Shown piece after piece: positions 25,364-36,462 of a DNA stretch of 64,000 bases; the first letter of the stretch is position 1; each line of letters begins with the position of its first letter. The translations under genes and the position numbers were made by a program. This DNA is from Saccostrea cucullata. Taxonomy: Eukaryota. The DNA lies in NCBI RefSeq assembly GCF_032062105.1, contig NW_026937766.1:1-64000 (forward strand). Reading direction: 5' to 3'. Under the pieces are notes generated by a model that did no database searches, was not told the origin of the DNA, and was given only the letters and a program-made list of their open reading frames with translations.

Positions 25364-25948
25364 TGGGCGAACTTGTTTCAGATAGCCGGGCGATGACCCG
25401 GTTCACTTTTATCACATGACATATTAACCCGGTACATGTAAGTGTCGCTGAAACGAGCGAAAAATAACCCGGAAGTTGCTGGCATTGGTGCTGTTGTTTT
25501 AAAAAATTTCTCTGAACGCACGAGGACAATGATTTAGTGGATATATTTCTTTTTAATATTTACTAGACCCATTCAATGTACAATCTGTGAATTTGGAGCA
25601 TATAGGGCCTCGTTACACACAAAACTGAAAAGCAGCTTTAAAATTTAAAAAGAAAAAATGTTGGTCGTGCAAATATAAAAAAATATGTTGTAAAAGTCAC
25701 TTAGTATCTCAGCACTGTATGTTTATTGACACTGAGACTACGGCAAATGATAAAAAACGAAAATTTCACCATCAACATTTCTACCTCTGTTTTCATTCAT
25801 AATGCTTTTCATTTGGCCGCTCGAAATTTTTCGGGCGGTCCAGGCTACTTTCTGACCGCCCGGCGGCTTAAAAATATTTGAAACAAGTGACTTGCCCGCT
25901 TCCGGAATATTAACCGGCTTGACCCGGCGTATGAAACAAGTGCGCCCA
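25364..25948. mobile_element. Non-autonomous TIR element present only in duplication unit A
   Basis: TIR TGGGCGAACTTGTTTCAGATAGCCGGG / CCCGGCGTATGAAACAAGTGCGCCCA; the matching site in unit B (~36411-36420) reads ttcaactgagtgaaat. Confidence 0.8.
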
Positions 25949-25995
25949 GTGAAATATACATTGAATGAAATTAAATTACATCACAAAATATCATT

Positions 25996-28900
25996 TTAGT
26001 TAACTCTTAAATTGCATATTCCACAACTTTCATTTTTAGGTCTACCTAAAAATGACTTGCTTCTAGAAGCACCGATTGCCTGACAACTTGTCAAGAATGC
26101 TTGTCTTTCTCTTAATAATCTTCCTACATTAATATTCTCTGTATATAATATTTCAGTGTTAACTGCCATGTTTACAAAACATTTTTGTGAAGAGACATCA
26201 AAATACAGAAATGGATTATTAGTGGGATCTAATAAAATCAATCTTTCTCTACAAAAATTATCAGCCTGACTATCTTGTACTGTTACAACAAGAGTTACAT
26301 GATGATTGATATCATGGCAGAAAAAATCAGCAAAATACAATCTATTACAGGGATTAAAGAAGAAAGCGAAAGGAATATTAAGTCTTGTATCTCCAAAGGG
26401 TGAAGTCAAAGGTGGAAGGAAGAATCCACTGGGTTGACATTGTAGGTAGGCACTGAAAAATAGACCCTGTATTGCTCGGTTTAGAACGGAAGCCTGGTCT
26501 CCGCCATCATTCTTCATGTATTTACCCATAATGCCATTTTTCCTTTGAAATATGTTGTCATAGTAAAGCCTTGGTTTGTTTCTATAGAGATGAGAAATGG
26601 GTACAAAGAACGCTTCCCGGAATGTGGCCCCTCTGTCGCAGAGCAATCTTAGCTCTCTCTTAGTCATATCTAAAATGGAAAAAAATAACACTTGTTAATT
26701 ACACTTTGAATTGTGGAAGCTTTATTCATATAAAACCTGTATTTAAAGAAAACCAACATGAGAAGAGTAAAAATTAACTTCACTTTGACTCTCAGATTTA
26801 TCAATTAACAATAGCTTTTTTCAGTCATATACAGTTCACTAGCATATACTGTATGTCGTCTCAATATATCTCTCTAAACTTGCAATAAAGACACCATTTG
26901 AAGAGTAGCTGTACAGTATATATGACACATCTTTGTCATATTTGGATCTTTTACTAACGATAGACTAAATGTTATGGCAAACGAGATGAATTAAGCTTTT
27001 ACTTATATTTGTAGTAATGCAATAAATATCTCATATTTTCTGTACAATAAATGTTTTCTACATTAGTGTATTACTTTGATATTTTTAATCATCATATTAA
27101 TTAGATCAAACAATAATACATGCATCAGAATACTCACAAGCTCGGAAGTCTAATCTTCCAATGGAAGAAAAAATATATTTTCCGTCAGGTAAATCATTTC
27201 CTCTATAAACGCGTAGCTGGTAATCCTTCATCGGTTCCAGTGGCATTGGAAATTCATAAGTACTATCGGAACAGGAAAAGAAAAAATTCTCATCCGCATC
27301 AAGGTCTTCCAAAAAGATGAAATGTGTCATGTTTGAATCTGAGAATTGAAGCGAGTAGCTTGACGGCGGAGTGTGTAATAAGTTGAATTCAAAATTTAAT
27401 GCATTCTGAAATTAGAATGATAGGTGTGTCAAAAATGATAAAATTAATTATCTTTTTCAGATTTTAAAGATATTTTATAAAACTAAAGTCACTCACTGAA
27501 GGCGATGTAGACTCATGCTTAGTATCATGTCCAGGATCTGTATGAATAGAACACGAGTAGTAGGTAATAAAGCTAGTTATATACTTTTGATTTATTTAAA
27601 TTTCCAATTTATCCAAATGTCCCAGGAGAGCTTGGAATCAAATAATTACCATCCATTTAATATTTAAAATTGCATTAAGAACTTGAATAACTTTATATGA
27701 AGATTTTAGTATTATTTCAAAAACGAACAAAGTCACCTTTAGCTTTTAAAACAATGAATACTATAAATAAGCTTTTTTGAACAAAAAATTGAAATATTTC
27801 TTTGGAAAATTGAATCTACTTCAGTGGCCCTTTTCACAAAAATATTACGAGTCAGACAAAAATTACAGCACCCTGTAATATTTATTTAATAAAAATATTT
27901 TTTCTTAATAATTATTTCAGCGTAATCATAAAATATCAATATAATGTAATAGGGAAATAAGATATTTGTTGCTAAGATATTTTTTGTAAATAAAAAAGAA
28001 ATGTTGGTCTTTGTCTTAAAAAAATGTAAAAAAGGCCAATAACGTCCCTTCAAAAGTCTTCACTTGAACCACCTGAAATAATTTTCAAAACAGTATTACA
28101 TTTACGAAATGAAGGAATCCTTACCAAGATGAACTTTGGATTCAGCGACAACCTTAGAATCCTTGTTCCGTACACCGTATATATGGACTGTATAATTTTT
28201 CATTTCTCCGGAGAATGATTCTGGGACTTCCACCAGTAAATTGTGATTTTCTTTTGTCCCTGCCAAAATTGACAAAATATTTTCAGTTGACCTGTCTGAG
28301 ATTAGTAGAATTGTGGTGTCCCAGTCTCTCATTGTTTTCCCATCGCTGTTTTTTATATCCAGGGTTTTCTTTTCCTCTTGTCCACTTTGTAATACGATCC
28401 GATGTACTTCAGACTAAAAGAATGATTGGTGTGTTTAGAATAAAACGGAACGAAAAAAAGCCTGTGCAATTCTCTTAAAGTAATACTAACTTTTAATTTT
28501 TTTTTTTGTCAAAGATAATGTATATTCAACAACAAAAATAAATAAATAAAAATAAGTAAACATCTGATCAGATCAGAAAGAGAGGAAATGCATGTTTTAT
28601 GAAATTAACAAACATTGCGAACAATGACCGATCTAAAGCAACATACAAAAATACAAATCGGTGAACTCGAGGAGGGGTAATCTTCCCCTGTTGAGTGGTC
28701 ACACTCGCCGTGAGCCCTATGTATTGATCGGGAAGACGAATTCTTCCATTTGTCTTTCCTGATAAACTTTATTTTATCAAATAAAATTTATAGCCATGTT
28801 GTATATTTTATTTGATAAAATAAAGTACATCAAGAAAGACACATTGTTAAAATAAACATAACACAGGCCCATGTGAATCAGCTCCGTGTATTGATTAAAT

Positions 28901-30415
28901 AGAAATATACTATTCGGTGTGAAAATAATTGCCTAATAATTGGTATGAATAAAATATATGGAGATAATGAACACTATTCAAGCTAAAAAGTGACTCGATA
29001 GTTGAAAACGATGCAAATATTGATATCAAATACGGACTGACATTTTTCATGCTTATTTTTTCATCACCTGCATACGTGATTTTATATCTCTCAGTTAAAT
29101 CGATACGCAAGAGCATGCTCTTTATATGACCAATTTTTTTTCAAACAAGGTGAGTTAATGACATACAAGTTGCTGATCCAAGAATATCATCAGTCTTGTT
29201 TTAAGTCATCATTTCGTAAGTTCTATGGTCTATTGCATTGTCAGCAAATACAATTTATCATTTAATTTAAGTCAAATGCCGTTCTTCATGCTTATTGTTA
29301 GGCCATTATTTACACACTAAATTATCTACGGATTTTCCCCGTTATTTCCCAATCATGACAAGGAGCACACGGCGGGTGTGACCGGTCAGGGGATGTTCAC
29401 TCCTCTATAGTACCTGATCCCGACCCTGATGTTTTGGAGGTCCTTGTTTGCTCTGCCCCTTTTTTTCTAATTTCGTATTGTTTGACTTTTGAGCTTGAAT
29501 AGTATTCATTATCCCCATATATTTTATTCATACTAGTTGTAAGCCAATTATTTTCACACTGAATAGTCTTAGGATATTGTCCGTTCTCCCGATCATGACT
29601 AAGAGCTCACGGGGAGAGTGACCAGCTTACCGACCATGGCACCCATTTCTACCTTTGATGTTTTAAAAAGTCCGCTCTTCTCCCAATATAGATAGTTCAA
29701 TGGAAATGTTTTGAGCGTGAATACTTTTGTTATATCACTATATCCATGTCAATGATAAGAACTTTAATAAATACCAAATTCACAAATTGAATACCAGTAT
29801 ATCTTTTATACATTTGAACGATCCCTATAGGCATTTTACTCGCCTTGTACCCTCTGAATAACAATTTGAATGCACTTTTTATCGCTTTAGATAACAGGAA
29901 GAAAATTATTCTATTTCTTTCAGTTTCATATATGCTGTAGTTAAAAATAAATTAGGCGTCACAATTTGGAAAACAATAAATGCGGTATATATGGTGCCAG
30001 AAAACGTATTTAATTGAATTTTTGGTGGAATATCGTGATAATATTCAAGCTTTTGTAAAATTTATAATGATCCATTGTCCAAAAATTGGCCCCGTAAGCG
30101 TTTCGTAAAAATAAATACGATATAAATAACAATGTATGCTTGATACTTTTTAATTTTGTGAGACACAGTTAAAAAGCAAGTAAAGTATCAACTCATATTT
30201 CTTTAGAATTCCTCCAGTTCATACAGTTTTCCTTCAAAATATATGATGACAGTCCTAAAAACATGGACGTTTAGATTCCATATCGATATTGAATTTCATC
30301 AAGTTTGAGTCTATTATGTTTTTTTTACTTGATTTAAACTTGACTAAATCTTGATGAGTCTTCAAATGAAAAATAATCTCCCAATTAAAATTTCTCAAAA
30401 AACACTCACCGACAT
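25996..30415 (-). CDS. PHYHIP/PHYHIPL-like protein, copy 1 (intact, 425 aa); exons 30415-30410, 28413-28125, 27537-27497, 27405-27138, 26669-25996
   Basis: Last exon has PHYHIP C-terminal motifs (HLYRNKP, KNDGGDQAS..GLFFS, SPFG, LYFADFFC, FCRERL..LD..NPFL, EILYTE, CGICN). GT-AG introns, phases 0/1/0/1, 1278 nt, no stops. The 6-nt exon 1 is the least certain. Confidence 0.8.
29050..29740 (+). mobile_element. Penelope-like element 3' fragments (also ~39760-40710 in unit B, 51610-51930, and 55150-55400 on -)
   Basis: Decayed SPAY..YISQLNRYARACS and LYDK.DDFNF..PYL.SNIP motifs followed by the gtgaccggtc..ggggatg terminal motif. Confidence 0.65.
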
Positions 30416-31282
30416 CACAGGTTGCAAATCCTAATTAAATTGATTTAAGGAACATCCTTTAGAGGAAATACCATGTTTCCTTTAAATAAGTAGGGAGGGA
30501 ATTTATTTTGAAGGGTATCCCATTTCTTGAAAATGAACGATGTAGGTCTTACACTTCAGCTTTTATCAGAAATCATGCCTGTTACCAAACAGAAAGTAGA
30601 CCCTTTAAATAGATTAATATAAAGTGCACTACATTGAAAAAAGTGTTTGATTTAAAATATAGTCCGGTGTAAAGACGAATAATGACCCCAATCGAATAAT
30701 GTCCGAGGGTTATTTTTCGACAGCGAAAAATGACCCCCGGTCATTATTCGATGTCGAAAAATGACCCTTTTGCCCGTAGAAAAAGTGTCACCACCTCCAT
30801 AATTTGCAGAACCATTAAAGCTGAAATTTTTAGGGAGCAAAAAAAAATTAGATAAAGAAGCATATTGGCCAAAATGCTCACCTGAGCTAATTGGGAATAA
30901 ATGGATGATATGTTGATCTCATAACATTTTACAATTATAGCTATATTTTAAGGTCAATGCGATGATTCAGAATCTAAAGGAGTAAAAGATTTATCGAGCC
31001 TAAAGGGTTAGGTAAACATTGTTTTTCGATGGTGGAAATCATCGTACTGACAGGAAAAGTCAGCAGTATTATATATTATTATATCTTCCGCTTGAAAAGC
31101 GGGAGGGTATATATTGATCGGGATGTCCGTCCGTCCGTCTGTTACACTTTGGGGTATCCACCTCTTATCCGCAACTGCTCTTATATATAACAAGTGGCCC
31201 ATGTGCCTTACAGGTCACCTGAGCATTATGCAACAACTTACCACTGAATGAATTTGTTTTAAGCCAGATGCTATGGCATTCA

Positions 31283-31289
<7 letters not shown>

Positions 31290-31322
<33 letters not shown>

Positions 31323-34300
31323 TATTATTATTGAAACTTTCACACATATTACAAACAATACAAACTTCTGTATGGATATATGTACAATCAAAATCAAACA
31401 AGACTAATTATGGTTGGAACATACAAACTTAGTGTAAAAGTTTATAAAGAGAGAGAGAGAGAGAGAGAGGGGGGAGGGGAGAGAGGCAGGTAAGCATTAC
31501 ATATTGTGCCCTAAAACATAATCAGTTTTCTTTAAGCTTACCATATGAAATTAAGAAAAAAAAGAAAGAAAGAAAGAAAAAGGGGGAAGCTAAAGAAAGA
31601 CTAGTGCAGTGCAGTTTTGAGGGATTTTCTAATAATTAATATTTAAAAAATTGAAAAAAGAACTGATAATAATAATTACAAAGAAGGTAAATTAATTAAA
31701 GTATAACAACCCATTTCTGCCAGAAAGTATTAAAATCTGTCAGTTTTTTATCCTCTATTATAGTGTGTTTTAAAGTTTTAAAATATGAATTAAATAAATT
31801 TAAAAGACCTTGGATAGATGGACAGGTATTCTGACAACGAACTTTATAAATATAATGCTTCATTAATATCAACATAGTGTTGAAGTATTCTGAATTTTCA
31901 TTTTTATCTTTTTCACCAAAAATAAATGATTTTGCATTGAGATTCAATTCAATGTCTTTGGCTTGACATAAACGTATGAATTTTTTTAAGAATTGCTGAA
32001 CAACATTACATTCCCAGATTAAATGATAAATTGTTTCCTCTTCATCTTCACAAAAAGTACAATACTTAGTGTCGGATTTACCTATTTTATACATGAGACT
32101 ATTTGTAGTTAGAATATGATGATTAACTCTGTATTGAAACCATTGTAATTTACAATCCCGTGTCACGAGGAATGGAAGATTATAAATTGTTTTCCATTGT
32201 ATATCATTTATTTCAAAATATCTAGCCCACTTATTTTTACCAGAAGGTTTGATAACTGGCTTATTTAAAATATCATACATAGTTTTTGATCCTTTCCTGG
32301 TATTGATAAATATTTTGATATTAAAAGGAATCATTGGTCTTTGCATTAATCCATTTCTATAAAAATTGTATTTCTTTAAGTCTTCTAGTATTGTCTGTCT
32401 TATGCCATTGTATGTCACATAATTTATTTTAATTTTAAATTTATTTTGTAGATCCTCTAATGATAGAAAATTGTTATGTTCATCTAGTAGATCTAACACA
32501 TGAGTAATACCATTTTCATACCACAATTTATAAAAGACAGATTGTTTTCCAATTTTAAAATTTTTATTCAACCATAAAGGTTGGTTAACATATTCATTCC
32601 AGTCTGTAATTTCAGAATTATCTTGGATTTCCCGAAAAGCATTGAAAGTATCCTTCCAAAACTGATTGTGTAAACACTTATTAAAGTTTGATAAACATAC
32701 TGATCCTGTATTTATTAGTTTGTTAGTATCAATTATATTTTCAAGCAAAATTTTCCATTTGGAGTTTTTGTCATTAATAATTCTCCTTATCCATGTTGAT
32801 TTCAAAGCTTTTATATAACAGCCAATATCAATCATTTTTAAACCACCATGTTTATATTGCTGTGTAACAACATTTCTTTTAATTTTATCAACATTTGATT
32901 TCCATAGAAAATTGAAAAGTATATTGCTCAAGTTTTTCAGAAACTTAATTTGTGGGGTTGGTAAGGTTATAAATAAATGGTTAAGTTGAGATACAAGAAG
33001 TGATTTGATTAGAGTTATCCTCCCAATTGGTGTTAAGTTTCTTTTATTCCACTGATCTATAATTGATTTGATTTTAACAAGTTTTTTGTCATAATTTAAT
33101 CTAGTAATCTTTGCAAGATCTACATCATAATAAATTCCAAGAAGTTTAAAATTGGTTGTCCAGATAAATTCCATCTCTGGGCAAACTCTGTCATTAGAAT
33201 ATTTCTTACTACCTATCCATATCACTTGGGTTTTTGACCGATTTATCCTTAGTCCTGACATATTATAAAATTCTGTTATTTCCTTTATTAAAGCCTGAAG
33301 TGATTTTTCTGACCCATCTAAAATTATCATTGTGTCATCAGCATACTGTGACATTAAAAATTCAGTATTTCCTATTTCAATTCCTTTAATGTCTTTATTG
33401 TTTTTAATCTTTATTGATAATATCTCTGCGCAAAGGAGAAATATATATGGTGATACTGGGTCCCCTTGTCGACAGCCGCGTCCTAATTTGAAAAAGTTGG
33501 ATAAAAAACCAGCCTGGGTCACACATGAATTTGAATTACATTGAAAAGTTTTTATCCATTTACAAAAAGATTGTCCAAAATTGAAAAAATTTAGGGTTTT
33601 TTCTATAAATTTCCATGACACTGTGTCAAAAGCTTTTTCAAAGTCTATCATAACTAACATTCCAGGGATTTGCTTTAATTCAGTATAATCCATCAGATCG
33701 TATATAAGCCGTGTATTTTCTCCAATATATCTCCCAGGTATGAATCCTGTCTGATCTGAACTTATTATTTTAGGTAAAACTTGTTTTATTCTTTGTGCTA
33801 TACAACCTGATCCAATTTTATAAATCACATTCAACAATGATATTGGTCTCCAGTTACTAAGCTGAAATTTACTTTTGCCCTCTTTGGGTATACATGTAAT
33901 TATTCCCTGTTTTTGTGTGGAGGAGCGTTCCCCATTTTCATAACCAAAGTTTAATGATCGAACAATAAAATGACCCAGATTTTTCCAAAATACTTTAAAA
34001 AATTCTGCAGTAAATCCATCACTACCCGGGCTTTTATTATTAGACATTTGTTTTAACACATTTGATGCCTCTCTATAAGAAATCTTTCCTTCTAATAGAA
34101 AACTTTCATGTTCATTTAACTTTGGGACATTATACTCTTCTAAAGACTCTCTAAGATTTAAATTATGATCCTCTTCTTGAGGCATGTATAATGTTTTATA
34201 AAAATTTTCCACTTCTAAGAGAATTTTACCTTGTTCTGTTATCTCCACTTGTTCATTGTTTTCTGTTTTAATAAGTTTAGGAATTACTTTGTTTGTAAAA

Positions 34301-34448
34301 TTTCTATTCTCAAGATTTAGAAAATAATTTGTTGGTTTTTCGCCATCACTGATCCATCTGACTCTAGACCTTATCACATTTCCCATTAATTTATGTTGTC
34401 TTATTTGTTCTTATTCTCATTTTTTCTCAGTTAATTTTTCTATAGAAG
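31290..34448 (-). mobile_element. 5'-truncated L1/Tx1-clade LINE, recent insertion
   Basis: Poly(A) tail (T run to 31320) and 17-bp TSD ATGGCATTCACAATTTT at 31273-31289 and 34449-34465; ORF1 and the APE endonuclease are absent. Confidence 0.92.
31696..34386 (-). CDS. LINE ORF2 remainder: reverse transcriptase plus C-terminal CCHC knuckle (896 aa open)
   Basis: KSPGSDG, NWRPISLLN, DFEKAFDTV, GCRQGDPVSPYIF, QYADD, CTFC..ETIYHLIWEC. Confidence 0.9.
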   Translation of the reverse strand: MGNVIRSRVRWISDGEKPTNYFLNLENRNFTNKVIPKLIKTENNEQVEITEQGKILLEVENFYKTLYMPQEEDHNLNLRESLEEYNVPKLNEHESFLLEGKISYREASNVLKQMSNNKSPGSDGFTAEFFKVFWKNLGHFIVRSLNFGYENGERSSTQKQGIITCIPKEGKSKFQLSNWRPISLLNVIYKIGSGCIAQRIKQVLPKIISSDQTGFIPGRYIGENTRLIYDLMDYTELKQIPGMLVMIDFEKAFDTVSWKFIEKTLNFFNFGQSFCKWIKTFQCNSNSCVTQAGFLSNFFKLGRGCRQGDPVSPYIFLLCAEILSIKIKNNKDIKGIEIGNTEFLMSQYADDTMIILDGSEKSLQALIKEITEFYNMSGLRINRSKTQVIWIGSKKYSNDRVCPEMEFIWTTNFKLLGIYYDVDLAKITRLNYDKKLVKIKSIIDQWNKRNLTPIGRITLIKSLLVSQLNHLFITLPTPQIKFLKNLSNILFNFLWKSNVDKIKRNVVTQQYKHGGLKMIDIGCYIKALKSTWIRRIINDKNSKWKILLENIIDTNKLINTGSVCLSNFNKCLHNQFWKDTFNAFREIQDNSEITDWNEYVNQPLWLNKNFKIGKQSVFYKLWYENGITHVLDLLDEHNNFLSLEDLQNKFKIKINYVTYNGIRQTILEDLKKYNFYRNGLMQRPMIPFNIKIFINTRKGSKTMYDILNKPVIKPSGKNKWARYFEINDIQWKTIYNLPFLVTRDCKLQWFQYRVNHHILTTNSLMYKIGKSDTKYCTFCEDEEETIYHLIWECNVVQQFLKKFIRLCQAKDIELNLNAKSFIFGEKDKNENSEYFNTMLILMKHYIYKVRCQNTCPSIQGLLNLFNSYFKTLKHTIIEDKKLTDFNTFWQKWVVIL

Positions 34449-35313
34449 ATGGCATTCACAATTTTGAAAGAGGCACCATTGATCATAACAATACACTTAG
34501 CAGTTGCTTAGTTTGTTTACTTAAAACCCATACGCAGGGTAGGGGAACAAAAAATGCATTTCAACTAATCAGTAATATTCAGCAATAATTAAGTAATTAA
34601 TTAGGCAGTAGTGCCCCTACCACACATGAAACTATGACCCTTAGGCCTTGATATTTGATTAATACCAAGGAGCAGATTTCAAACCATTCATTCATTTTCA
34701 GTATATAAGTACAGCCCCCCCCCTCTATGGTACCCCTGACCCTGGGGCCTTGAACTTCACAATTCTGGAAGATTAGGGCCCTTGTCCATCATAACTATAT
34801 AGGTAGTTCATCTGCTAAATACCCTGGAGCAGATAAGAAATTTCAAAGATTTTATGTATTTTCACTATATAATAAATAGAGCCCCACCCTAACACCAGAA
34901 CTCCTGACTCTGGGGCTATAAAATTCACAATTTTGGAAGGGCATTCTTGTTCATCATAACTATGTACTTAGTTAGTTTATTTAATTCCTAGGAGCAGAGA
35001 AGAAGATTTTCAAAGAATTCATGTATTTTCACTATATAATCAATAGAGTCCCACCCTAACACCAGAACCCCTGACCCCGGGGCCAAAAAATTAACAATTT
35101 CGGTAGATGCACTCTTGCTTATCATAACTATGCACTTAGTTAGTTTATTTAATACCTAGGACCAGAGAAGAAGATTTTCAAATAACGCAATAGACCCCCA
35201 CCCTAACACCAGAACCCCTGACCCCGGTGCCATAAAATTCACAATTTTGGCAGAGGCACTTTTGCTCATCATAACTATGTACTTAGTTGGTTTATTTAAT
35301 ACCCAGGAGCAGG

Positions 35314-35344
<31 letters not shown>

Positions 35345-36462
35345 CACTACCTACTTATTTAGCCCCGCCCTAGCACTAGAACCCCTGACCCCATGGCAAT
35401 GAATTTCACAATTTTGGTAGAGGACTCATTGCTGATTACAATCATGCAAACAGTTTGACTGCTTGATGTCCAGGAGTAAAGAAGAATATTTTTAAAGATT
35501 GCATTAATTTTAGTGGTTTTTGCCCCACCCCTCAGGCCCCAGGGGGCAGGGATCATGAAATTCACAATTTTTGTTCCCCTTCACCCATAAATGCTTTTTA
35601 CCATTCTCACCGTTAACTCTTTTAACTTAGTATTTGTCTCAAATTTGCCTTACTTGATACTTGATAAACATGGTTATAATGTCCTATGGTTTGTTTTTTT
35701 TTTAAATGTAGGATAACCAATACTAAACCATTATTTTAACATGTCCAGGAAGGCATATTGTACAAATTGTATGGCCTGGATTATTAGAAGAAGGCTCAGT
35801 GAAATATTTCATTTTTTTTCAAATAATGGTGTAAGAAACAAAGTTATGTACATCAAAATTCAAAGATATCAGTAAATATAACTGTCTTTCTAAAATTATA
35901 TGTAAGACTGGCATTATTAGATGCAGAAGCAGGGTTTTAGGTGCAATATAAATTGAACAAATTTTGTTTTTATTTATTTACAGTATGTTGTTACTGCTTT
36001 TTATTCTTGTGTATGCATTAAATGTGTCAACAGTACTTTTCTTATTGTTCTGTTCTGAAAGGTTTCAGAATTTAATCCTGTAGATGCCACACTTGTCGAT
36101 TTAAGAAAATCATACAGGCCGAATTTGTCGTCATCTGAATTTTAGTAGATCTTACAAAACCTAATGTGCGTCATATGAATTTTTTTTTAGAAATCAGTAA
36201 ACAAAAAAAAAGTTATTTTCCATGTATCAAAAGCTGATAAAATTGGTGAACTGTTCAGAAGAGTAAAGATTCCTCTTTTCAAAATGTCAAAACTATGGTT
36301 CTAGGGACAGGGGTTAAAGAGTTATGCATGTCAAAAAATATTTATTTGTTGCTGAAATAATTCAAAAAATACAGGAGTACCGGTAATTTATGTGTTTATA
36401 AAAATATTCAACTGAGTGAAATATAAATTGAATGAAATTAAATTACCTCACAAAATATCATT

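Larger units (their letters stand above)
24002..30667. repeat. Tandem segmental duplication, unit A (ANKFY1 3' region plus PHYHIP-like gene)
   Basis: Colinear and highly similar to 35602-41641; shared sequence ends at ..aaatatagtccgg. Confidence 0.9.
31189..35590 (+). repeat. HINE/Helentron-type element with Cg170-like array, split by the LINE insertion
   Basis: Head aacaagtggcccatgtgccttacaggtcacctgagc at 31189; sequence resumes after the LINE at 34449; tandem satellite units ~34700-35590. Confidence 0.75.
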
